Notes under the pieces: model-generated
What the model was told of the DNA's origin: nothing
The model's input: only the letters and a program-made list of their open reading frames with translations
Database searches by the model: none
Shown here: positions 1 to 16,470 of the stretch, one piece after another
Layout of the letters: each line of letters starts with the position of its first letter
How positions within the stretch are numbered: position 1 is the first letter of the stretch
Translations under genes and position numbers: made by a program
DNA from: Macrostomum lignano
Taxonomy: Eukaryota
NCBI GenBank assembly: GCA_002269645.1
Contig: NIVC01000712.1
Coordinates: 248,001-312,000 of the forward strand
Length of the DNA stretch: 64,000 bases
Reading direction: 5' to 3'

Positions 1-1423
1 TCTTCAACCCCGACATAGTTGACGAGGTCAATGGAGCGAAAATGGGAAAGAATCTCCGCCATGCTTGGGCTTCGATGCGTGCGAGGTTTTGGCCGTGTCT
101 TTGCTCTGTATTTTTGCTAGTACACAATTTGATAGTAGAAATAATATTTGCCGTTGGCTTGGTGCTGTCTAATGCTGCAGTTCTACTTGACTGGCAGGGG
201 CTCTAGCGCTTTTAATAACGCGCGAATGGAGGGTTAGGGTGGGAGTGAAGAGAATAGAGGCAGAGAGAAGCACAGGGTCACAGGCTGTGCACACAAAGAA
301 CTTGCCTGCCCGTTAGCTTGTGAGATCCACGCAACCAACCTATGTCGCAAAAAAATACGCACAAAGCAATGGCCGTCTGGCCTCATTCGTTCCGTTGCAT
401 TCGAGCACAATATACTCGTAGGCGTTAATAAAGGCGACCAAATGATGCAGACAGACTCGCAATTTAGTCAAAGGCACAGGACACTTTTTTATAATTTGTG
501 CTCCGTTTAAAACAACAATTTATTTAACGTTACACAGAATACATCCAAATAAGGAAGCGGTGCAGGGAGCCCTATATACTTGTATTGGTTGGCTGATGGG
601 TACATTTATCGCAAGACAAGATACCTTATGGAGGTACGCAGAACAGTTTTAACAGTTTAAAGACAGCTCGAGAAAACGAATGAAAGACAATGCTAATGCC
701 GTATGTACAGTCAGTACATTTGCGCATCAAACTTACGTTAGGCTCGCTAGAGCAGAATGCGAGATTAACGCTTTTGGAAAATAAAATCTCGAAGCCAGAG
801 AGCTCAAACTGACAGTCACGTGCTCATATCTTATTAAGCACGGTCAGGAAAATTTCACATGGTTACTCCAATCTGGCAACCAAAATTACAAATCTGCCAA
901 TCTTTCTGCAGCTGGGGGTTCAATCTGGGTTATCAACTGCTAACAGGGTGCAACTTCCGTGCACTGAGCATCAACGCATAAGAGAAGCTATAAAAATAAT
1001 AATATCGTCTTGAATGAACACACAGCCATGGCAATACTGTCGCAAGTGAGTCTTATCTGCTTGTTTCAGTTGCCAGATAAAGTGTTTAAGTGTTCGGAGC
1101 AGCCCTATCTAATAGCTAGCTAAAATGTGCATATCGCACTTACAGCGTCAATAAATATATTAATTCAGCCATTCAGTTACTTTATTAGGTGAATTAAACT
1201 ATAAGCTTCTACGCTCGTAAGTGTCAATTGCTAGTCAGTGTAATTTAGTACCCCCTAATTGATAGTAAGCTTTCTAAGTTAGTAAGCCTTTAGGTGTGCA
1301 CTGATAGTGTCTGTGGCTTTGTTAGCTGAAAAAATAGCTGACACTACATGTCGCAATTAGCGACCCCGTTGGGGTGGCAACAAAGACTGAAACAATTTTT
1401 TTTTAATAAACTACACGTAGCTT

Positions 1424-1668
1424 CTGACCTCTCAGCAATTCCCCGTAAGCCTTGACATCTCAGAAATTCCCCCCATAAGCCTTGACAACTCAGCAATTCC
1501 CCCGTAAGCCTTGACATCTCAGCAATTCCCCCCAAGCCTTGACATCTCAGCAATTCCCCCAAGCCTTGACATCTCCGCAATCCCCCCGTAAGCCTTGACA
1601 TCTCAGCAATTCCCCCCAAGCCTTGACATCTCAGCAATTCCCCCGTAAGCCTTGACATCTCAGCAATT
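1424..1668. repeat. 28-29 bp minisatellite (CCTTGACATCTCAGCAATTCCCCCGTAAG), ~8 copies
   Basis: Tandem units are directly visible; they explain the repetitive ORF 1344..1658. Confidence 0.95.
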
Positions 1669-2252
1669 TATGTTTGACATGACGCTTATTTTAGTTTTGA
1701 TTTGACGCTTCTGTTATTTTTGAAACATTTGGAGCGTTTTTTTTCCAGCACCATCAACTTAATTGGCATTTCTCAAAAGATGCTGAAACTCTTCTGTAAC
1801 TCTCTTCACGATCTTGTAGCAGATATTCTTCCCAGAGAGTTGATGTTGCTGTCAACTCGCAACGCAACAGGATCGGTGAAAATTTCTCGCCTACTTAAAA
1901 ATCAATTCATTAAAGCACTTGAGGAGAGTAGAAGCTGTATTGCACTGCCAATGGCTTGGGATGCAAGCAGGTGCTGAAGACTCAGACAGCCTGTCAGTCG
2001 TATTACTCAAGCAGACAGTACCAGACGAACAGGTGAAAGAACATGTTTTTTATTCAAAACTCAATATTTATTGCGACGCTCGTCTTGCTGATTCATCAGG
2101 AGCCGAGGTTCCCAGTTTGACTTTATTTAGTCGCGTCTGGTGAACGGCCGGAACTTCTTGCACTTGTAAAGCCCTCTGCAATTCAATATTCTGTGCTTGC
2201 CGAAGCTCATAAATTATTGAAAGCTTGGAAACTGGCTCAAAGAAGCTACCGA

Positions 2253-2975
2253 ATGGTGCTTCTGCTGCTGCTGCTGTTGAGCTCACCCGGTGTGTCCTCG
2301 GGCCAGGTTTACCAAGCTATGTCTGGCTTTCTCTGCATCCGGCCTGGGTTTACCGGAAGCGAGCCTCGAGCCAGGTCCGACATCGAGTGCTCGCTACTCT
2401 GCAGCAGGGAGCGGCGCTGTCAGGCGTTCAGCCTGGCTGATGGTCCGTGCCAGGTGTTCGTGTTCGACAAGTGCAGCAAGTCGGTGAAGGTCTGCGGCTG
2501 CTCTAGGAGAGGCCAGGTGTTCGTGAAGCAGCAGCCGGGACTCGAGCCGGGCGCGCTGTGTCCGTCCGACTTCGGAGGCGACCACTGCGGAGTGAAGTAC
2601 AAGCTGCTGAATGATACCAACACCTGGGCAGTGAAGAGACAGAGGTGCGAGTCGGAGAGCGGTCTGGTGATCATGGCGGACGTGACTGACAGCGCCGACC
2701 TGGCTGCCATCGGACAAGTTTTCAACACAAAGGCTGGCAGCGGCCCCACATGGCTCGGCGGCTTCCAGACTCCGGGCAGCGTGGAGCCCAACGGAGGCTG
2801 GCGCTGGGTGGCCTGCAACATCAGCTTTGACGCCGGCCTATGGGGCAGTGGAGAGCCTGACAACTGGGGTGGCATCGAGGACGCAATTTTACTGCGTGCT
2901 GCCTTCTTGGGAGACGGCGCGCAGGCAGACTCAAACGGGGCTGGCCTGTGCGAGTGCCTGTCGCCCTTTGGCTGA
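2253..2975 (+). CDS. Secreted PAN/apple-like + C-type lectin domain protein, 240 aa, intronless
   Basis: ATG at 2253 opens a signal peptide (MVLLLLLLLSSPGVSSG). PAN-like Cys pattern SDIECSLLCSRERRCQAF...C. C-type lectin motifs: C..TW...RQRC, WLGG, WRW, W-x-x-GEPDN, terminal LCE. Confidence 0.85.
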   Translation: MVLLLLLLLSSPGVSSGQVYQAMSGFLCIRPGFTGSEPRARSDIECSLLCSRERRCQAFSLADGPCQVFVFDKCSKSVKVCGCSRRGQVFVKQQPGLEPGALCPSDFGGDHCGVKYKLLNDTNTWAVKRQRCESESGLVIMADVTDSADLAAIGQVFNTKAGSGPTWLGGFQTPGSVEPNGGWRWVACNISFDAGLWGSGEPDNWGGIEDAILLRAAFLGDGAQADSNGAGLCECLSPFG

Positions 2976-4700
2976 GATTTGCCAAGAAGCGAGGATTCGA
3001 AAAGTTTTAAGTCTGAGCAATGATTTAGTTTGGTACTGTTGAAGAAGTGCCGACTTTTATAGATTACAAACTTTATTCGAATTTTGTTGCCTCGTTCGGT
3101 AAACAGTCATGAATCAGTGTATGTCCACGATCAAAACTAATCCGAATATAAAATACGACCCGTGGAATCTGATAGCATTAAAAATATCTTAATTTCTTGC
3201 TTTGTTCATTCTAAATGCATTTTTAAATGGATTTGACTTGGCAAAAAATAGTGCCTTATCTTATAATAGACTTTCGTAGCTCTGATAGAAGTACTGGACA
3301 ATAAGTAAATAGAGCCCGGAATTTCTTACTGTGAGCGACTGCGCCTTGTTGATTTCTATGGCGTAATTTCCCTGTTTTTATGTCTATGGTTAAAACCTAA
3401 TATGTTCATAAGAAGAGCAAGCGTATGATCGAGACATACATTCTTAATCCACTCGTGGACTACACTGATGAATTCGTTGGCATCAAACGGACATCGACAC
3501 CGTGTTGGCTGCAGGAGAAGACCTTAGTAACCATATCATAAGCTTTCTTCGGTCTTGTCAAAGGCGTCAGGGACTACCTCAACTCCTGCAAGTACGAAGT
3601 CATCGAAGACACTTGAGAGAGACAAGTGGGCTAGTTTTTACTACACAGATCACCGCCAGATTCCCTCACTTTCCAACGACGGTGAGTGTTGACGTAGTGA
3701 CGGTCAGAACCACCTGTGGGCTTGTTTTGTAGTCCGGACTTCAAAGTAATCACGGACTCAATAGATGCTGTCATGAAGATTTCAACCGAACAAGGCAACG
3801 GCTTAAAGCGCAGGAGTGCTTCCATATCTAAGAAGAAGCCCAAGTTTGGGATAAACAGCTAGCTTGGCCGCTAAATACGAGTAAAAGCCATTGACTATCA
3901 TTGCGAATAAGAAAGCTTGAAACTTGACTAAAAGCTTCTTATTGCGGGAATTATGGGAGCTACATATCATGCTCGTGCCCGGAAATTTTTAACTAGACTC
4001 GATGTGTTGTCAATTTCTTGGAGCCCATTGACAAAAGCCTCTAGATCCAAGGTCTGCTCCACAGTTGGACCGGTGTTTGATAAAACTCCAGAAGATGTGT
4101 CATCACTGAACACATAAAAAATACCTCTCATTTTGCCGATGTAAAGCCCGGAAATCTCGTCTTCTAATAATTTCTGATAGTTAATTATTGGAAATATTTT
4201 TTATAAATGACTTCCTATATGTGTCTTCCATTTTCTCCTCTTTCCGTGTTTCCCTTAATTTCTGTCTTGAAAGTTTTCATGATGAAAATTTGTCTATGGA
4301 CGTGTTGTTAGAAGGCACCCCAACGGACGCTAGCAGCGGGTAATACGCTCGTATCTATGGTAAAAAGCCTACTAGCAATACAATCGTTACTCCTCCCCTC
4401 CTTTGCGGGCAGAAATGGGACGTTCCGAGGTCACCTAACTCCGTGTTCTACTATCTGCCACCTTAGTGTCAAAGGAGGGATAGCAAGGGAAGGGTAAAAG
4501 TTCAATTTTGTCATCAACCACGCTATACAACATGCAGATCTATTGGGTTTTCACGTGTCCCATTGTGTTCAAGGGCAGACCCAGGGAAGCCGGGGGAGCC
4601 AGCAAAGTGAATTCAATCCTCTGTAAGTACCCAGTGATGACGTGAGTGAGGCTTACGAAAAAATGCAATGAATGAGTTCGAGCCTGCAACAGTTCCATCA

Positions 4701-8301
<3,601 letters not shown>

Positions 8302-9460
8302 CGAACTGTTGTTTAGTCCACAAAATTATCTATACAAATGCAATAATTTAGTTTCGATAAGGATTGATTGAAACTGACCATCAGCTAGTTTAGGCTAGCT
8401 ATATAAGTTTAGGCTACGTACAAAAATCGCTAAAAATAAGCTTTGGCAACCGCTGATCGCTGAACCAACACAGTCGCTGTTCACTTCTCTCTCCCTCTCA
8501 AGCCTGCATGCTACGAGCGTAGATTTCTCAGTGGAATAGTAGAGAGGGTCTAGCTGCAGAACAATCAGGATTCAGAAGTGCACGACAGGGAGAGGGAGAG
8601 AGAGACGGGAGGAACGAGAGGTGGCTAGAATCGGGGAAGAGAATTTCTCTCGCCCAGTACAGCATAGTACAGTACATGCACACAGCTAAAACGAATTGAA
8701 TTTACGAAGCCAATATTGGTCGGGTTTGCATTGTACCGCTGCAGAGCGAAGGAGGAACAGCGGATGTGCAGTAGCAGTGCACTGCAGATTTATGGGAGAA
8801 AAACTAGTAAGAGTTCGAGCTTCAGTACCTAAACGGCATCGCAATGCCTGCTGAATCAATAAGTGGCTGGATTTTTTTCAAATCAGACCTAAAAAGGCTT
8901 ACAGCAGCAACTGCTCTACATTTTAAATGAAAGATGTCAATTTTACATGACTGCAGTGAACAAATCTTTGCTTTCTAAGTAATTTATTCCATACGGTATA
9001 TTATTATTATCATCATTATTATTATTATTATTATTAATATGCAATACAAGCTGCTGAAAATGTGGCCAAAAGACTAAAACTCTACCTGTAATCATTCAGC
9101 TAACACACACACACACCGATGTCGCTACTCTAAGTAGCACTAAATGTATAATATCAAACGTGCGTTAATGTTGGCGTTCAAATTATGTTTATATGACGAA
9201 AAATGGACATTAGTATCGGGGAATCTGGAAGAAATACAATGTACTGAAAGTTATTGTCTGTTAGGATGCCATGCGAGAAAGTATAGGCTTAATGGAGAGA
9301 TGAAGTAGGTTGGTTGTCAGCAGAGATTTTTGTTTCAGTTGTGAGTTTCTATGAGACATGGGGAATGCTGACTCAGAAGTGTGTGGAGAGATTGATAGAT
9401 GAAGGATGCCGCCGTGGAAAGTAGGAATATAATATGTATCACGAGTGACAACGAAGGCAG

Positions 9461-10932
9461 GACACTGGGTTGACAAGGAAGGGGAAGACACTGGGGTGAC
9501 ATGGAAGGGGAAGACACTGGGGTGACAAGGAAGGGGAAGACACTGGGGTGACAAGGAAGGGGAAGACACTGGGGTGACATGGAAGGGGATGACACTGGGG
9601 TGACAAGGAAGGGGAAGACACTGGGGTGAGAAGGAAGGGGAAGACACTGGGGTGACAAGGAAGGGGAAGACACTGGGGTGACATGGAAGGGGAAGACACT
9701 GGGGTGACAAGGAAGGGGAAGACACTGGGGTGAGAAGGAAGGGGAAGACACTGGGGTGACATGGAAGGGGAAGACACTGGGGTGACAAGGAAGGGAAAGA
9801 CACTGGGGTGACAAGGAAGGGGAAGACACTGGGGTGACATGGAAGGGAAAGACACTGGGGTGACATGGAAGGGGAAGACACTGGGGTGACAAGGAAGGGG
9901 AAGACACTGGGGTGACATGGAAGGGGAAGACACTGGGGTGACAAGGAAGGGGAAGACACTGGGGTGACATGGAAGGGGAAGACACTGGGGTGACAAGGAA
10001 GGGGAAGACACTGGGGTAACATGGAAGGGGAAGACACTGGGGTGACATGGAAGGGGAAGACACTGGGGTGACAAGGAAGGGGAAGACACTGGGGTGACAT
10101 GGAAGGGGATGACACTGGGGTGACAAGGAAGGGGAAGACACTGGGGTGAGAAGGAAGGGGAAGACACTGGGGTGACAAGGAAGGGGAAGACACTGGGGTG
10201 ACATGGAAGGGAAAGACACTGGGGTGACAAGGAAGGGGAAGACACTGGGGTGACAAGGAAGGGGAAGACACTGGGGTGACATGGAAGGGGAAGACACTGG
10301 GGTGACAAGGAAGGGGAAGACACTGGGGTGACATGGAAGGGGATGACACTGGGGTGACAAGGAAGGGGAAGACACTGGGGTGACATGGAAGGGGAAGACA
10401 CTGGGGTGACATGGAAGGGGAAGACACTGGGGTGACAAGGAAGGGGAAGACACTGGGGTGACAAGGAAGGGGAAGACACTGGGGTGACATGGAAGGGGAA
10501 GACACTGGGGTGACATGGAAGGGGAAGACACTGGGGTGACATGGAAGGGGAAGACACTGGGGTGACAAGGAAGGGGAATACACTGGGGTGACAAGGAAGG
10601 GGAAGACACTGGGGTGACATGGAAGGGGAAGACACTGGGGTGACATGGAAGGGGAAGACACTGGGGTGACATGGAAGGGGAAGACACTGGGGTGACAAGG
10701 AAGGGGAAGACACTGGGGTGACATGGAAGGGGAAGACACTGGGGTGACAAGGAAGGGGAAGACACTGGGGTGACATGGAAGGGGAAGACACTGGGGTGAC
10801 AAGGAAGGGGAAGACACTGGGGTGACAAGGAAGGGGAAGACACTGGGGTGACAAGGAAGGGGAAGACACTGGGGTGACATGGAAGGGGAAGACACTGGGG
10901 TGACAAGGAAGGGGAATACACTGGGTTGACAA
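9461..10932. repeat. 26-bp G-rich minisatellite (GGAAGGGGAAGACACTGGGGTGACAW), ~56 copies
   Basis: Highly homogeneous tandem array; it explains the three overlapping Pro/Ser/Cys-rich ORFs on the minus strand. Confidence 0.99.
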
Positions 10933-12401
10933 GATGACAGCAAAGCATCATTGAAGAGAGAAACAGAATGTCTGAATGAAGTATTTAGGAGAAGACTTAG
11001 CTGCATAGGGAACAGAAAAAATGGAATAGCAGACTCCTGTCTGAATTCTGTAAAATTTGCTTTAATAATCGTACGTGCTACAGCATACTGTTGTGCTACG
11101 AACTTCATCCGCTGCGAAGAAGATGGGGATACAGCAGTTAAAATTGAAATTTTCAGTCCAGCACGTCACTAAACCGTATATAGCGAGTGAATTAAAACGT
11201 TCGTTCGCTAAGAAAAACTTGAGCCGCACACCCAAAAGCAAAATTCATAGCAGACAGCAGCTAAAGTAAGCTTGCTGCTGTCTGCTTGCGCAGAGCGCGC
11301 TGCCCTTCCTCGCTAATAGGGTTCGGAAACTCGATCAGCTGCAGCGCGATGAATCAGCAAAGCCAAGAAGAGGATCCAAACGCTCTGCAACGTGTACGCT
11401 CTCGCTCGGAGATTCTTATCCTTCTTAGCTAACGCGACCAACGCGAGCCGGGGCGCATATATTGCGATATCGACCTGCACACTTGAACTTCCTCCCCCAA
11501 GAAAACTTGGGTAGCTACATAGGACCGCCTTCTAGAAGGTGATACGCAGGAATCGGCATGACAAACTTTGGGGCTCTCTCTGCGGAGAGCGCAATATTTC
11601 GCCAGAATTATCGGGCAAGCGGAAGCAGATAAGCGGCATATCATGCATGCAGTCAGCTTTCTTCGACGTTCGTTATGCGCCAGAAACGCGAGATCTGTTT
11701 TTTCTCCCCTCTCCAGCCGGTCTGCAGTCTGGCTATTCCAGTCGGGAAGCGGTGGGAACCGAAAGTTAAAGGGGGTTCCCCGGCTGGGAAGCTCTATTGG
11801 CGCGTCGGACATGGAGACAGACAGGCCGACAGTCAGACGGACAGCAAAAGAGAGATAGACGATAGAGTGAAATAGACGAAGAGAGAGGAAGAAATGAGGG
11901 TCGTTCGGTGTCTCCTTCTCGTCTACAATGCGCAAGCGGGGCCTTAGAAAGCATCAATCAATAATATACTTTCTGTTCCAACGGAGGAGGGCTTCGGGGG
12001 TGGGGCAAGGGTAGGTGTGTGAAGACCCGGACGTAGACCCGCCACTGATTCCGCAGCAGAAACAACAGCAGCAACCATCAGTGAAGGAGCCAACCAACAG
12101 TCGCCAGATGGCGCTGCGACCTCTGCCGCACCGCCCCTCCTGTTCCACCCTTACCCTCTGGTTTCTCTCCCTTACTCTTCTACGCACTGCGGTCACAGCA
12201 CAGCTGTGCACAAGCTAGGGCAGAGAGACAGCTGCAGAGGATTGGGGTGCCAGCGGAAGAGGATGAGGGTAGCACCTGGCGTTGCCAGGGGCGGTGGCGC
12301 AGACCAGATATTCGACAATAAAGCTTGGCGGTTGAAGTCGGACAAAACGCTGCTGCGGCGTACTGAGACGATAGCTCGACCGCAATTTGCAAGCATTTGC
12401 G

Positions 12402-13390
12402 ATGGACGCCGGAACTTTTTCCTGCGTGAACTGCAACAAGTCGCTCACCGGCCATCGGTACATACTGCGCGACGAGAAGCCGCACTGCATCCAGTGCTAT
12501 GAGCAGGTGTTTGCCAACTCGTGCGAACAGTGCAAGGAGAAGATCGGCTGCGACTCCAAGGTGAGAAGGAACAATGAAGAATTTACTTTTTGAAGCATTA
12601 GAATTAGTTGACTTGATTGTTTTTTTTATTCAGGACTTGTCGTACAAGGAGCGCCACTGGCACGAGCGCTGCTTCAAGTGCTCGGCCTGTAGCGCCAGCC
12701 TAGTGGACAAGCCCTTCGCCACTAAGGATGACGCTCTCTACTGCTCAAACTGCCACGACGAGAAGTTTGCCGCCCGATGCGACGGCTGCAGCAAGGTGTT
12801 TAGCGCCGGCATGCGCAAGTATGAGTACCACGGCAAGCAGTGGCACGAGGAGTGCTTCCTCTGCCGCGAGTGCCGCCAGCCGATCGGCAGTCGCTCGTTC
12901 ATCCCGCGCGACCAGGAAGTCTGCTGCGTGCCTTGCTACGAGGAGAAGTACGCGCAGAAGTGCCGCAAGTGCACCCAGGTGATCAAGCGCGGTGGAGTCA
13001 CGTACAAGGGCGAGCCCTATCACAAGGAGTGCCTGGTGTGCACCAACTGCAACACGCAGTTGGCCGGACTGAAGTTCACCAGCAAGGAGGACAAGCCCTA
13101 CTGCGCCGACTGCTACGGCCAGCTGTTCGCTAAGAAGTGCTGCCGCTGCAGCCAGGCTATTACCGGTAAGATTTCACTAAGGTTGTCATGGCTACCAAAC
13201 TAAAGATTGAAATTCCAAAAAATACTAGCAACCCCCGGTCGCAGGTTTCGGCGGCTGCAAGTTTATCTCGTTCGAGGAGCGGCACTGGCACTCGGACTGC
13301 TTCGTGTGCTACAAGTGCTCGGTGAACCTGGTCGGCAAGGGCTTCCTGACGGATGGCGACGACATTCTGTGCCCGGAGTGCGGCCGCTAG
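12402..13390 (+). CDS. FHL2: Four-and-a-half LIM domains protein (FHL2/Limpet-like), 278 aa, 3 exons
   Basis: Exons 12402-12560, 12634-13165 and 13245-13390, GT-AG and in phase (837 nt). Half-LIM followed by 4 LIM domains, with FHL-typical DLSYKERHWHE, KFISFEERHWH and GFLT..DILCPECG. An in-frame TAG lies upstream at 12372. Confidence 0.95.
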
Positions 13391-14789
13391 GGCGGCCGAC
13401 CAGAGATAAAGATGATGAATAGCTGGAGCAAAAGCAGCTTTCATATCAGCTTCTTCGGCGGTTGCTTTTTACTTTAACTCATAACTGTCCTGCCTACCTG
13501 CCCGAGCTGTCACCAGACACCGGCTGCCACAAGACCAATCCCTCACTGTCCTCCTGTTCAAATCTAGTCGTGAGCGAGAAGGATCAACATTGATCAAACG
13601 CGCGCTGTCTTGATGCTTAATAATGCATGATGAATGGAACCGGACCCACTCGCTTAGCAATAAAATTTAGCAATAATTGAAATTCTAATTCTGAGTATAG
13701 TAGCTTACTGCTTATTCTATTATTAAAACTTCTGCTCGGTTAGAAACAGTATTCATAAAATCCTTCCAACAGAAGCTGCCCCATCGCCAATACTGTATGA
13801 CACAGCCCTAGTCATTTCTCTGCCTTAATAAAGCCCGCGCATTCGGCAAACACACAATAATTCTATGATGAATGCCGGCCCTATTTATCATTAATAAAAC
13901 TATACTAAATTATAGCAATATTATATACTAACAGCAAGGTGGAAAACATAATATGGTCTAATTTTTTCCTTCATTTTGCTACAGTGCAGCTTATGGATTG
14001 GGTACAGTTACCTGCTTATACACAGGGCCGGGAAAGCTTCGAAAAAATGACTTTCATTTTCAGGTCGCACACCGACCTAAGCCAGAACTGACTGAGGGCA
14101 GCAGCTGGTGGCATTCGGTCAAACGCTGGGACAGGACAGACGCTATAGCTATGTAGCCTTGCGGAGAATAACACGAAGATAGACGCTTCCGCTTTACATA
14201 ATCAAAGCGAAGAGACTCGCTCGCGCTTATGCTTTAGGGATAAAAATGGCACGACTTTATAGGGCCGAACAGAGAGGTAGAAAGTTTCTTTCAAGTACGG
14301 TGCATACATAAAGCATGAAAGATGCATGCGGCAATATATTAGAGTCTGGCACTGTGACCTGGCACCAAGATTTTCAAGAATTTGGCAAGCAGCAACTGCA
14401 CTATACAAAAAGCATATGGAGCCTACCGTGACAAGAGGTGAAAAAAGCAGACGCTAATCGATTCTAAATGGGTTGTAACAAACTTTTTGAGCGTTCTCCA
14501 CAACTTGCCTAAGAGAAATTTCTATAATGCTGCATGGGGGTATATAAGAGTAACCAATGTCCGCTATCGCTCAACGATGACCTAAGATGACTTCCCAGCA
14601 TGATCAACGTCTCATCATTAATTTGTGAATCTATAATTTTCTGCTTCAAGCTGGGAGACACAGCAGCTGAGGAGCATCACAAGCTGAGCCAGACATCTGG
14701 CGAGACATACTTCGTACAAATCTAAGGAAAAGGCGTTCGGGTCGCCCTCCTGAGCTTGATCTTCAGCAGCTCACTTGAGTTGGTTTGGA

Positions 14790-15335
14790 GTGAAGCTTGT
14801 GTTGGTTTGGGGGCGATGCTTGTGCTGGTTTGGGGGCGATGCTTGTGCTGGTTTGGGGGCGATGAGGGAGATTCCTAAGGATGAATGGGGTAGAATCCTA
14901 AGAGGCAATAGGGAAGATTCCTAAGGATGAATGGGGAGAATCCTAAGAGGCAATGGGGAAGATTCCTAAGGATGAATGGGGAGAATCCTAAGAGGCAATG
15001 GGGAAGATTCCTAAGGATGAATGGGGGAGAATCCTAAGAGGCAATAGGGAAGATTCTTAAGGATGAATGGGGAGAATCCTAAGAGGCAATGGGGAAGATT
15101 CCTAAGGATGAATGGGGGAGAATTCTAAGAGGCAATGGGGAAGATTCCTAAGGATGAATGGGGGAGAATCCTAAGAGGCAATGGGGAAGATTCCTAAGGA
15201 TGAATGGGGGAGAATCCTAAGAGGCAATGGGGAAGATTCCTAAGGATGAATGGGGGAGAATTCTAAGAGGCAATGGGGAAGATTCTTAAGGATGAATGGG
15301 GGAGAATCTTAAGAGGCAATAGGGAAGATTCCTAA
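14790..15335. repeat. Three to four 23-bp units followed by ~10 copies of a 46-bp unit (GATTCCTAAGGATGAATGGGGGAGAATCCTAAGAGGCAATGGGGAA)
   Basis: Tandem units are directly visible. Confidence 0.93.
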
Positions 15336-16104
15336 GAGGGATTGGGAGCTCGGGGATAAAAATGGCATCGGATTAGGTTCTTAAGAGTGAACTGAAGATG
15401 GATTGTGTGGAGTTTAGAGAGCCCAAAAAATAAAGTTATAACAGAGGATGTAACGGAGGTTAAGGGCACCCTGAAAAAATGAGATCGAAAAATCCCACAG
15501 AATAAAGTAGTGAGAGTCATTTAAATTGACGAAGATTTAAAACAAAAAAATAAATTACAATGTCTGTTTAATTTTAACGCACCATTCAAAACAGCAGACA
15601 GAATTGGTTTAAACAATGTGTTCTTTTTATTAAATTGTGTATATTTGGCAGGCACAAGCAGAAACAGTAGGTACCAAAACTTACGAGTACTGCACTATCT
15701 TGGAGGGACATTGAATAACGAACGGTTATTTCTTACACGGGACAAGTTGTTTTAAGTAAACCTGTTTTTTGAAGTTAATGTACTGACCAAACTTCTCGCA
15801 TTAGAAGCACAAACAGAGCAATGTTTATATCTCGTAAACAGAACACGCTGAGAATTTGTGGGAGTTGAGAGAAAAAGACACGTGTCTAACAGTCAATCAT
15901 TCAATACTTGCAGCAAAAATAAGAACCCAACCAGAAATGACAGAAGCAGTCACAGTGAGCATTAATTCAAGAGAGCAAAAATGAATAGAAACTTACGTTA
16001 AACATTATTGAATATAAAACTTGTTCTTGCTTCAAACAAACCAAAGTGATAATTTTGAATCATTTTGACAAAATGACGAGTGGAATCGATGATATGGATG
16101 ACAA

Positions 16105-16470
16105 GCCTGAAGGACCTGAAGGGGGCGGCGGTACTGAAGACAGTCCAACTGAAGGACCTGAAGGGGGCGGCGGTACTGAAGACAGTCCAACTGAAGGACC
16201 TGAAGGGGGCGGCGGTACTGAAGAAAGTCCAACTGAAGGACCTGAAGGGGGCGGCGGTACTGAAGACAGTCCAACTGAAGGACCTGAAGGGAGGACGGCG
16301 GTACCAAAGACATTCCAGCTGAAGGACCTGAAGGGAGATGGTACTGAGGACAGCTTAAAACTGAAGGACGGAAAGGAGGGCGGCGGTACTGAAGACAGTC
16401 CAATTGAAGGATCTGAAGGGAGGGCGGCGGTACTGAAGACAGTCCAACTGAAGGACCTGAAGGGAGGGCG
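16105..16470. repeat. 42-bp minisatellite (GAAGGACCTGAAGGGGGCGGCGGTACTGAAGACAGTCCAACT); shorter array in copy B at ~18330-18520
   Basis: Tandem units; copy B lacks exactly 4 units (56 aa difference between the two antisense ORFs). Confidence 0.92.

Noticed and set aside
60-70. CATGCTTGGGC matching the right terminus of the hairpin hAT MITE family
   Set aside because: Only 11 bp match; the adjacent sequence does not match and no partner end is visible.
3500-4200. Short ORFs that might be a retroelement gag relic
   Set aside because: No recognisable motif; many stops.
4630-4655. TGATGA-stem-GAAA resembling a hammerhead ribozyme or SECIS
   Set aside because: The core reads GTGATGA rather than CTGATGA, stem II is out of register with GAAA, no stems I/III were found, and there is no upstream in-frame Sec candidate.
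9261-11108. Long Pro/Ser/Cys-rich ORFs (615, 538 and 497 aa)
   Set aside because: All three frames are open only because of the stop-free 26-bp repeat. The period is not a multiple of 3, so this is not coding.
11429-12390. Short overlapping ORFs upstream of FHL (possible PET-domain exon)
   Set aside because: No PET or other motif recognised; probably 5' UTR/promoter.
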